A stretch of DNA of 32,000 nt from Nitrosococcus oceani ATCC 19707. GTDB lineage: Bacteria > Pseudomonadota > Gammaproteobacteria > Nitrosococcales > Nitrosococcaceae. Both the position numbers and the translations under genes were made by a program. The notes under the pieces are model-generated. The model made no database searches. It was not told the origin of the DNA and was given only the letters and a program-made list of their open reading frames with translations. Within the stretch, counting starts at the first letter, position 1. Every line of letters begins with the position of its first letter. Of this stretch, positions 6,714 to 14,480 are shown in pieces. The DNA lies in the NCBI RefSeq assembly GCF_000012805.1, contig NC_007484.1, positions 390,001 to 422,000 of the forward strand, written 5' to 3'.

Positions 6714-7589
6714 TCAGGTAAACACCGCCTCGGCATCAAATACGGGTCCATCCACGCAGACTCGTTTCATGGCGGGTCCTTGTCGGGTCTGGACTTTTAC
6801 CACGCAGCCAGCGCAACCGCCCACGGCACAGGCCATGAATTCTTCTAGGGAGACTTGGCAGGGGAGGCCAAATTCCCGGGCGAGTTGGGCCGTGGCCGCT
6901 AGCATGGGGTGGGGACCGCAGGCATATATGGCAACTTCTCGCTGTTGGGCTGGAGCAAGCGTGTGCAGCCAATGGCGAGCCAGGTCGGTGATAAAGCCTT
7001 CGAAACAGCCGGGATAGCCTTGAAGACTAGCCAATCGGCTGGGAATTTTCCAACCTTCCAAGAGCGGCATGGCGCCGATGACTCCCTCTGGTAGCCCCGG
7101 TATTAGAAATTGGGAAGGCCGTTGCCGGAAGGGGAAAGGGATTTCCGAACCCATGAGCACCAACGGATTGAAATGCCCGGCTTGGCGCAGGGTATCGGCT
7201 AAAAATACCATGGGAGGGATGCCTACCCCGCCGCCAAGGAGCAAGGGCCGGGGATAGGCGGGGTCCACCCGGAAGGGTTGCCCGATGGGGCCCAGGATGC
7301 TGATCTGCTCACCCGGCTTTCGCTGGGCTAGCAGCTGCGTACCCTGCCCCACCACTTTGTAAAGAAATTCAACCCAGCCATGCTTGGCATCGGCTCGCAT
7401 GATGGAGAGGGGGCGGCGCATGGGGAGACCCGAATCGCACTGGAGATGGGCGAAGCTGCCTGGGGTAGCGCGGGAAGCGATACCAGGGGCGGCAACCCAC
7501 AGCACGTATTGCTCCCCTGGGTGGGCATCCTGGGCCAGGATTTTTCCCTCCTCTATCAGGATAGTGTCCCGGTGGGATTGGGGTGTCAT
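6714..7589 (-). CDS. PyrK-like FAD/NAD(P)-binding iron-sulfur flavoprotein (dihydroorotate dehydrogenase electron-transfer subunit family)
   Basis: 291 aa. It has an RPLSI flavin-binding motif and a GGGVGIPP nucleotide-binding loop. The C-terminal 2Fe-2S ligand pattern is CAVGGCAGC...CVDGPVF (C-x4-C-x2-C...C), as in PyrK. Its ATG (7589-7587) overlaps the pyrC' TGA (7588-7586) as ATGA. Confidence 0.78.
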   Translation of the reverse strand: MTPQSHRDTILIEEGKILAQDAHPGEQYVLWVAAPGIASRATPGSFAHLQCDSGLPMRRPLSIMRADAKHGWVEFLYKVVGQGTQLLAQRKPGEQISILGPIGQPFRVDPAYPRPLLLGGGVGIPPMVFLADTLRQAGHFNPLVLMGSEIPFPFRQRPSQFLIPGLPEGVIGAMPLLEGWKIPSRLASLQGYPGCFEGFITDLARHWLHTLAPAQQREVAIYACGPHPMLAATAQLAREFGLPCQVSLEEFMACAVGGCAGCVVKVQTRQGPAMKRVCVDGPVFDAEAVFT

Positions 7590-8875
7590 GGTGTTTCGTC
7601 TGCCGCAGCAAAAACCACCCGCCCTTCCAGGAGAGTATAAGTGACCCTTCCTTGAAATTCCCAGCCTCCAAAGGGGGTGTTTCTCCCCTGGCTGGCCATT
7701 TCTTCAGGCTTGAAGGTCCAATGGCAATGGGGATCAAATATACAAATATCTGCCCGTTGCCCCGGCGCCAAATGGCCGCCTTCAATACCCAACACCTGAG
7801 CGGGTTGGCAGGTAAGATACGCGATAACCTCGGCAAGAGTCAGGGTATCGTCCTGGGTTAGCCGTAAAGAGAGGGGCAGCAAGGTTTCCAGTCCCGAGAT
7901 TCCTGGTTCGGTAATGGGGAAAGCGCCCAGCTTAGCATCGAACTCATGGGGTTGATGATCGGAGCAAATGGCACTGAAAGTACCATCCCGCAGACCTTCA
8001 TGGAGGGCATCCCGATCCCGCAGGGAGCGCAGGGGCGGGATGACGTGGCACTGGCTGTCAAATTCTCCAATATCGTGCTCGGTCAAGTGGAGATGATAGG
8101 CTGTTACATCCGCGCTTATTGGCAACCCTTCGGTTTGTGCTTCCCGGACCATTCGCACCGCCCGGGCGCTGGAAAGATGACAAAAATGGGCTTGTACGCC
8201 AGTTTGTTCAATGAGTAGCAGATCTCGGGCCAGGGAGACGGTCTCCGCGGTTTCGGGGATGCCCGCTAAGCCGAGGCGAGCGCTGACGATCCCTTCATGG
8301 CAGCAGCCTTCAATGCCGAGCCAAGGATCCCGGGAATAAAGAAAAAGGGTGATTCCCAGGGTGGCTGCATATTCCATGGCCTGGCGCATCACTTGGCTAT
8401 TGGCAATGGGCATCAGGCCATTGCTGACTCCCACGCAGCCTGCTTCCCGCAGAATACCCATTTCCGCCAATTGTAATCCTTGCAGTCCTTGGGTAAGGGC
8501 GCCCAAGGGTAGAATTCGAGTTCGTTGGTACTGGGCTTCCCGATGGGCGATTAAATCGACCACGGCAGGGGTGTCAATGATTGCGAGGGTATCCGGTGGA
8601 CAACAGAGAGTGGTGATGCCGCCTTTAGCGGCAGCCAGGGTTTCCGTAGCGATAGTTCCTTTTTGTTCCTGGCCTGGTTCCCGTAAGCGTGCCTGTAAAT
8701 CAATCAGCCCTGGGCACACGATTTGGTCTTGGGCATCAATTTCTTGTTCAGCCCTAAAGCCTTCGGGGGCGCTGCCAATGGCCACCACCCGGCCTTCAGC
8801 CAGATAGAGATCCTGGAGTCCGTCTATTTTGTTATAGGGGTCAATGAGATGCCCGCCCCGGATGGTCGTGCGCAT
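7586..8875 (-). CDS. pyrC': Dihydroorotase-like protein, probably the non-catalytic PyrC' partner of aspartate carbamoyltransferase
   Basis: 429-aa amidohydrolase-fold ORF immediately after pyrB, with a 1-nt TAATG overlap at 8875. Where class I dihydroorotases have D-x-H-x-H-LREPG, this protein has CPGLIDLQARLREPG (Q61 and R63, nt 8695-8687). Both metal-binding His residues are therefore missing. Confidence 0.85.
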   Translation of the reverse strand: MRTTIRGGHLIDPYNKIDGLQDLYLAEGRVVAIGSAPEGFRAEQEIDAQDQIVCPGLIDLQARLREPGQEQKGTIATETLAAAKGGITTLCCPPDTLAIIDTPAVVDLIAHREAQYQRTRILPLGALTQGLQGLQLAEMGILREAGCVGVSNGLMPIANSQVMRQAMEYAATLGITLFLYSRDPWLGIEGCCHEGIVSARLGLAGIPETAETVSLARDLLLIEQTGVQAHFCHLSSARAVRMVREAQTEGLPISADVTAYHLHLTEHDIGEFDSQCHVIPPLRSLRDRDALHEGLRDGTFSAICSDHQPHEFDAKLGAFPITEPGISGLETLLPLSLRLTQDDTLTLAEVIAYLTCQPAQVLGIEGGHLAPGQRADICIFDPHCHWTFKPEEMASQGRNTPFGGWEFQGRVTYTLLEGRVVFAAADETP

Positions 8876-9849
8876 TAGCGGGCCTCCTTGGCTTCAGGGA
8901 CCGGTATCTGCATGGTCATGGCCATGACCGCCATGCGAATAGCAATACCATGGCTGACCTGCTCCAGGATGACCGAGTGGGGTCCATCGGCTACGGCCGA
9001 TTCGATTTCTATTCCCCGGTTAATGGGACCCGGATGCATCACGATAGCCTCTGGCCGGGCTAGGGCGAGTTTTTCTTCGGTTAAGCCATAGAGCTGGAAA
9101 TATTCCCGCTCACTGGGTAGCCGTGCCCCTTCCATGCGTTCCCGTTGGAGCCGCAGTGTGATCACTACATCTACCCCTTTAAGTCCTGCCCGCATATCGT
9201 GAAAGATGTGAACGCCTAATGATTCCACGTTGCGCGGCAATAGTGTCCGGGGAGCAATCACTCGGATTTCCCCCGTGCCCAAGGTTGCCAAGGCGTGGAT
9301 TTCGGAGCGAGCTACCCGGGAGTGGAGGATATCGCCGACAATAGCCACCCGCAGATTGGGAAACGAGCCCTTGTGGCGGCGGATAGTGAGCATATCCAGC
9401 ATGGCCTGGGAAGGGTGGGAGTGGCAGCCGTCTCCGGCATTGATTACGCTGACATGGGAAGGAACATGACGAGCAATAAAGTAAGCGGCACCGCTATCAG
9501 AGTGGCGGACCACGAACATATCACAATGCATGGCCTCCAAGCTGCGGAGGGTATCCAGCAGACTTTCCCCTTTCTGGGTCGAGGAGGTGCGCACATTCAA
9601 ATTCATAACATCTGCCGAGAGGCGCTTGGCCGCCAACTCAAAAGTGCTCAAGGTTCGGGTGCTGTTTTCAAAAAAGAGATTGACAATGGTTTTTCCTCGT
9701 AACAGGGGAACCTTTTTTACGTGTTGGGCGCCGATGGTGGAAAAAGACTCGGCTGTATCCAAAATTCGGGTCAGTAACTCCCGGTTTAACCCCTGGATGC
9801 TGAGGAAATGGCGTAATTGGCCGTTCTGGTCCAGTTGCAGGTTGCTCAT
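8875..9849 (-). CDS. pyrB: Aspartate carbamoyltransferase catalytic chain
   Basis: 324 aa. Motifs seen: [23 protein letters not shown] (carbamoyl-phosphate site), HPSQAMLD and MHPGPINRG. Its ATG overlaps the pyrR TGA (ATGA at 9846-9849). Confidence 0.95.
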   Translation of the reverse strand: MSNLQLDQNGQLRHFLSIQGLNRELLTRILDTAESFSTIGAQHVKKVPLLRGKTIVNLFFENSTRTLSTFELAAKRLSADVMNLNVRTSSTQKGESLLDTLRSLEAMHCDMFVVRHSDSGAAYFIARHVPSHVSVINAGDGCHSHPSQAMLDMLTIRRHKGSFPNLRVAIVGDILHSRVARSEIHALATLGTGEIRVIAPRTLLPRNVESLGVHIFHDMRAGLKGVDVVITLRLQRERMEGARLPSEREYFQLYGLTEEKLALARPEAIVMHPGPINRGIEIESAVADGPHSVILEQVSHGIAIRMAVMAMTMQIPVPEAKEAR

Positions 9850-10379
9850 TCCGTGGGGTCAATATATTGGATACTGAACTGCAGAGGATCTGGGCCAGTT
9901 AATTTGACTTGCTCGTTGGGCGCTAAATCCAAATGATGGCCGACCACATCTGCTTGTATCGGTAATTCCCGGCCAGCGCGCTCTACCAGGGCGGCAAGCG
10001 TGACGCTGGCTGGGCGGCCGTAGTCAAAAATTTCATTTAACGCCGCCCTTACTGTTCGTCCAGTGTAGAGGACGTCATCTACCAGGATGATATGCCGATC
10101 GGCCACGGAAAAGGGCAGCTGAGAGGGTTGCACTTGGGGATGCATGCCGATGCGGGTGAAATCATCCCGATAATAGGCAATGTTAAGTACACCCAAGGGG
10201 TCAGAGACGAGGTTATCTAGCTGATTCAATAAACGTTCCGCAACCCATACGCCCCCTGTATGAATACCAATCATGGCTGGTTTATTCCGCTCTTGTTCAG
10301 CCATCCGCTGGTTCAGGCCTGTTGCTAGATTGCGGAATAAAGCATCTATATTTAACGAAACGGGCTGCGGGATATTCAT
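9846..10379 (-). CDS. pyrR: PyrR, bifunctional pyrimidine regulatory protein / uracil phosphoribosyltransferase
   Basis: 177 aa with the PRPP-binding motif [17 protein letters not shown]. It sits directly upstream of pyrB. Confidence 0.9.
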   Translation of the reverse strand: MNIPQPVSLNIDALFRNLATGLNQRMAEQERNKPAMIGIHTGGVWVAERLLNQLDNLVSDPLGVLNIAYYRDDFTRIGMHPQVQPSQLPFSVADRHIILVDDVLYTGRTVRAALNEIFDYGRPASVTLAALVERAGRELPIQADVVGHHLDLAPNEQVKLTGPDPLQFSIQYIDPTE

Positions 10380-10407
10380 AAGGACCTCGCGCAGAAAATC
10401 CGTAATT

Positions 10408-10866
10408 TTAGTGACGGATGGTTTGCTGTTCTGTTAACCAAGTCTGCAAGATACACTGGGCAGCCATCTGATCGATGCCTTGGCGGCGGCCAGAGGCGGA
10501 GGATTTAATATTTAACCGTTCCCGGGCCTCGACGGTGGATAAACGCTCATCAACCCATTCTACGGCCAGGCCATACCGGCCGTGCAAACGATGACCAAAG
10601 CGGCGGGCTGCTTTAGTCAAAAACTGTTCAGATTGGTCCATATTAAGCGGTAACCCGACAATCAGCAAGTCAGGGTTCCATTGCCTGATGAGTTGGGTGA
10701 TTTGGTTCCAATCAGGATTTCCTTCATGGGCTTTCAGAGTCGTTAAGGGGTTAGCGCTATGCGTTACTTCTTGACCAACAGCCACCCCAATATAGCGCAG
10801 CCCAAAGTCGAATCCGAGGACGATCCGGGGTTTTGAGGGAGAGGGGGCATCAAGGGTTGCGCTCAT
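10408..10866 (-). CDS. ruvX: Putative pre-16S rRNA nuclease / Holliday-junction-resolvase-like protein RuvX (YqgF)
   Basis: 152 aa. It has the GFDFGLRYIGVAVG N-terminal motif and an RNase H-like YqgF pattern (LIVGLPLNMD, VDERLST). It overlaps yqgE by ATGA (10863-10866). Confidence 0.9.
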   Translation of the reverse strand: MSATLDAPSPSKPRIVLGFDFGLRYIGVAVGQEVTHSANPLTTLKAHEGNPDWNQITQLIRQWNPDLLIVGLPLNMDQSEQFLTKAARRFGHRLHGRYGLAVEWVDERLSTVEARERLNIKSSASGRRQGIDQMAAQCILQTWLTEQQTIRH

Positions 10867-11426
10867 GCGTGTCCAATTTCTCCGGAGAGACGGGAAAGAT
10901 CGACTCCTGCCAGGGCAGCGGCTGCTTCCCAGCGCTGCTGGTAGGGGGTGTCGAAAACGACCGTACTGTTGGCAGGGGTGCTTAGCCAGGCATTTTCCGC
11001 TAGTTCTTGTTCCAGTTGATTAGGACCCCAGCCAGCGTAACCCAGAGCAATGAGAGTCTGTGGAGGGCCTTTTCCTTGGGTAATGGCGTCAAGGATATCA
11101 CGGGAGGTGGTAATGCCCACTTCATCGCCAACCCTTAGGGTAGTTTCCCACTGGCCAATGGGACGGTGCAACACAAATCCCCGCTCTTGTTGGATAGGGC
11201 CACCCAGAAACACGGGCATCTCTCCTACCTCTTGAGGGCAGTCTTTAACTTTTATATGTTGCAGCATCTGGTCAAGCGTGATGCTCAAAGGGCGGTTGAT
11301 AATAATGCCCATGGCGCCATCCTGGTTATGTTCGCAGATGAAGGTGACCGTGCGAGCAAAATTGACATCATCCAGAGCAGGCATGGCTATCAAGAAATGA
11401 TTACGGAAATAGCACATTGTTTTCAT
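10863..11426 (-). CDS. yqgE: YqgE/AlgH family protein (UPF0301)
   Basis: 187 aa. Motifs seen: FLIAMP...D.NFARTV.FICEHN..GAMGIIINRP, FLGGPIQQERGFVLH and GYAGWGPNQLEQE. The yqgE-yqgF pairing is conserved. Confidence 0.88.
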   Translation of the reverse strand: MKTMCYFRNHFLIAMPALDDVNFARTVTFICEHNQDGAMGIIINRPLSITLDQMLQHIKVKDCPQEVGEMPVFLGGPIQQERGFVLHRPIGQWETTLRVGDEVGITTSRDILDAITQGKGPPQTLIALGYAGWGPNQLEQELAENAWLSTPANSTVVFDTPYQQRWEAAAALAGVDLSRLSGEIGHA

Positions 11427-11473
11427 GATTAAGCATCATTATACCAAGCAGCATTTTTCTTGCGACCCCGACC

Positions 11474-12376
11474 TTAGCGAGAACTAAAATCTTTCCCGCT
11501 GTGGAATTGCCAGGTCCGGGTGATAGAAAGTATATCGTGGCCTTGGAGTACGTTTGCAGGTATGTTGGCGAAAGGGGCGGCTAAGCGTACGATTCGGATA
11601 GCCGCTTTATCTAATGCCTGATGGCCAGAAGAATGGCGCACCACAATATTAGCTACCGTCCCATCCGGATTAAGATCGACCACTAGAATGAGGCTTCCCG
11701 AGAGTCCCCGCCGTTTGGCTTCCTCTGGATAATTCATTTTCCCGACCCGTTCTATTTTTTTACGCCAGGCATCTAGGTAGGCGGTCGCCGCGTACTCCGT
11801 GGTGTTGGAGTCGAGGTATCGCTTACGGGGTTGGTTGGCATAACGCTGAATTTCTCTGGCAAGCTGTCCCTCTAGGGCGGCGATGAGTTCTCGGGCCGAG
11901 GGGCGGGGAGAGGTCGTTTCCGGAATTTCTGGGGAGGTGGACGCCGGTATCTGTTGTGGTTTGCTAGGGGAAGGGGTAGCCCGTTTTTGAGTGAGTAAGG
12001 GAGATAGGGCTGTCTGTTTGGGCGGAGGAAGTTTTTGCTTAGAAACTGCCGGCGCAGGTTGGATTGCTGGACTGGTGGGTACCCGTGGGGGAGCGGCTAA
12101 AGGGGAAGGCGCGCTGGGCGCTAGTGGATGTCTTTCCTCTTTTTCGCTTTTGCTTATTTTGCCGGCTTGGGCAAGAACGTTCGGTTTTTTCGGAATTTTT
12201 TCTTGCTTGAAGGGAACGAGAATAATTTCCAAGGGGAGGGGGATTGGCGTAGGGGGAGGAAAGAACTTCAGTTGATCCATGCCTAATAGCAGTATTCCAT
12301 GAAATAGGACTGAGAGAAGTAAGGTCAAGATTAGCGGGTAGTTCATGGTGGGAATCATGGCGCTTGGAGAGAGCAT
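11474..12376 (-). CDS. tonB: TonB-family energy-transducer protein. No exbB or exbD is adjacent.
   Basis: 300 aa. It has an N-terminal anchor (YPLILTLLLSVLFHGILLLG), a long Pro-rich spacer (PPPTPIPLPLE...APSAPSPLAAPPRVPTSPAIQPAP), and a C-terminal TonB domain (YPEEAKRRGLSGSLILVVDLNPDGTVANIVV..SSGHQALDKAA). There are alternative in-frame ATG starts at 12358 and 12346. Confidence 0.85.
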   Translation of the reverse strand: MLSPSAMIPTMNYPLILTLLLSVLFHGILLLGMDQLKFFPPPTPIPLPLEIILVPFKQEKIPKKPNVLAQAGKISKSEKEERHPLAPSAPSPLAAPPRVPTSPAIQPAPAVSKQKLPPPKQTALSPLLTQKRATPSPSKPQQIPASTSPEIPETTSPRPSARELIAALEGQLAREIQRYANQPRKRYLDSNTTEYAATAYLDAWRKKIERVGKMNYPEEAKRRGLSGSLILVVDLNPDGTVANIVVRHSSGHQALDKAAIRIVRLAAPFANIPANVLQGHDILSITRTWQFHSGKDFSSR

Positions 12377-12547
12377 TTCTATTTTTCTATCAGTTGGTTT
12401 GGTTTACTATGCAATCCATCAGCTGAGCACTGATATTGAGGTAATATAGGGCATCCAGTTCCAGATACAAGAGGGGGACTGATTACGTTACGCTTAGTTG
12501 AGGCAATCACCCATCATACCGCTGTGAGTTGCTTAAAAACCCCGCTT

Positions 12548-12563
12548 TAAAATAGCTATTTTA
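12548..12563. promoter_or_regulatory. Perfect 16-bp palindrome, a candidate operator in the tonB-tamA divergent intergenic region
   Basis: taaaatagctatttta is identical to its own reverse complement. It lies in the 337-bp gap between divergent genes. It is AT-rich, so chance occurrence is not negligible. Confidence 0.2.
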
Positions 12564-12713
12564 TGCTCAAGACCAGACTAAGCGTGTTTAAGGGACGCGC
12601 CGTCTATCCCAAAAGATATTTTAATCTGTTTCCCGGTGCATTTTAAGTATCGCATATTGAGCGACAATGCCGTAGATTGTTAGTATGCAGGAGCGCATTA
12701 AAGGGATTTATCT

Positions 12714-14480
12714 TTGAAAATTAATAAAATAGTGTTGGCGTTCCCTGTGCGGATTTTCTTCTGTCTCTTATTATTTTTCGTGAAGATTGGAGCGGCTTGG
12801 TCCCAAGTCTATCTTGAAACAGAAGTAGAGGGTGTAAAAGGGGAAGCCCTGGAAAACGTCATGGCTTATCTGAGCATTGCCCACCAGAAGGAAGATGCTC
12901 AATTAGCCGAGGGAGTCATTCGCCGGCTTCATGGCAAGGCGGAGGATGAGATTAAAACCGCTCTTGCAGTATATGGTTACTACCAGCCCCGGATCGAGGC
13001 GGAACTGCAGCAGCATCCTAAGAGATGGCTAGCCCGCTATCGCATCGATCCGGGTCCCCGGATGAGGGTGGGGGAGGTGGATTTAACTGTCACAGGAGGG
13101 GGGGCGGAAGATTCTGCTTTCCAGGCGTTACAACAGAATTTCCCCATTAAGGAGGGGGAATTTCTAAATCAGACCCATTATGAGCAGGGAAAGTCGGCCT
13201 TGCAGCGATTGGCTGCCGAGCGCGGTTATTTCCAGGCAAATTTTACCCAGCAGGTGTTGCGAATAAACCTGGAGACATACTCAGCCCGTGCTATTTTGCG
13301 TTTTGATACCGGTCCCCGCTACCAATTTGGCCCGGTTACCTTTACCGAAACCGTATTACGGCCTCAGCTCTTGACCCGCTATGTGCCTTTCCAGGAGGGA
13401 GAATTTTATCAAAGTTCAAAAGTAGTTGAACTACAGACGGCGTTGGTGGATAGCGATTATTTTGCGGTAGTAGAGGTGGAACCTCGTCCACAACAAGCGG
13501 CGGAGCTTAAAGTGCCTATATCGGTATACTTACAAGCAGAGAAGCGCAATCGCTATTCAGTGGGAGTAGGTTTTGGGACCAATACGGGGCCGCGACTTAA
13601 TCTGGGGTGGAAGAACCGGTATGTCAACCGCTATGGGCATCGTTTTAGCTTTGCCTTGAATACTTCTAAAATTAACCAAACCCTCGATTCAAGTTATATT
13701 ATTCCTATCGGCGATCCCCGCACCGATCAAGTCAGGATTGCCTCCAGTATTGGCCGACGTTCAACCGTCACTAGCAATAGCCACATTGCGCTGTTTGGAG
13801 CTCGGCGGATTGTCGCCCGGCCGGGCGGTTGGCAGGAAACCTTGTTTTTAGACTACCGGTGGGAGGATTTTGACGTCGGCGGTGATTCAGGCCTGGCTAA
13901 ACTTTTAATTCCAGGGATTAGCTGGTTTCGGAGGCAGGCCGACGATCCTGTTTATCCCCAGCGAGGCAACCGACTTAGTTTAGAATTACAAGGCGCTGCT
14001 CAGGAACTTCTTTCCAACAACACTTTTCTCCAGCTCACCTTGCAAGGAAAAATCATCCGGCGTTTAGGCCGCCGCAGTCGTTTGTTGGTGCGGGGGGACG
14101 CGGGTGCGACTTGGGTTTCAGATTTTGCGAATCTTCCTCCTTCGGTGCGCTATTTTGCTGGTGGCGATCAGAGTGTACGCGGTTATGCTTTCAGCTCTTT
14201 GGGCGCCACTAACGAGAGGGGTCGAGTGATAGGCGGAAAAAATATTCTCGTGGGGAGTGTGGAGTACGAATATCGTTTTTTGGATAAGTGGGCTGCCGCT
14301 GCCTTTTATGATGCGGGAAATGCTTTTAATAATTTTTCTTCGCTGGAGGTACAGCAGGGAGCAGGGGTGGGTGTCCGTTGGATTTCCCCCGTGGGCCCTA
14401 TCCGGGTGGATTTTGCCTTCGCTCTTTCTAAATCTGGTACGCCTTTCCGTCTTCATGTTAATTTAGGCCCTGATCTGTGA
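12714..14480 (+). CDS. tamA: Translocation and assembly module outer-membrane subunit TamA (Omp85 family)
   Basis: 588 aa with a TTG start and a signal peptide (FFCLLLFFVKIGAAWSQ). A POTRA-like N-terminal region is followed by a C-terminal beta-barrel carrying the Omp85 motif RYFAGGDQSVRGYAF. A tamB-type gene follows immediately, coupled by a GTGA overlap at 14477-14480. Confidence 0.85.
   Translation: MKINKIVLAFPVRIFFCLLLFFVKIGAAWSQVYLETEVEGVKGEALENVMAYLSIAHQKEDAQLAEGVIRRLHGKAEDEIKTALAVYGYYQPRIEAELQQHPKRWLARYRIDPGPRMRVGEVDLTVTGGGAEDSAFQALQQNFPIKEGEFLNQTHYEQGKSALQRLAAERGYFQANFTQQVLRINLETYSARAILRFDTGPRYQFGPVTFTETVLRPQLLTRYVPFQEGEFYQSSKVVELQTALVDSDYFAVVEVEPRPQQAAELKVPISVYLQAEKRNRYSVGVGFGTNTGPRLNLGWKNRYVNRYGHRFSFALNTSKINQTLDSSYIIPIGDPRTDQVRIASSIGRRSTVTSNSHIALFGARRIVARPGGWQETLFLDYRWEDFDVGGDSGLAKLLIPGISWFRRQADDPVYPQRGNRLSLELQGAAQELLSNNTFLQLTLQGKIIRRLGRRSRLLVRGDAGATWVSDFANLPPSVRYFAGGDQSVRGYAFSSLGATNERGRVIGGKNILVGSVEYEYRFLDKWAAAAFYDAGNAFNNFSSLEVQQGAGVGVRWISPVGPIRVDFAFALSKSGTPFRLHVNLGPDL

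Noticed and set aside
10380-10407. PyrR-binding attenuator RNA upstream of pyrR
   Set aside because: The spacer is only 28 bp. No tccagagagg-like PyrR binding-loop sequence is visible there or in the adjacent end of ruvX. This is consistent with proteobacterial PyrR not using Bacillus-type attenuation here.
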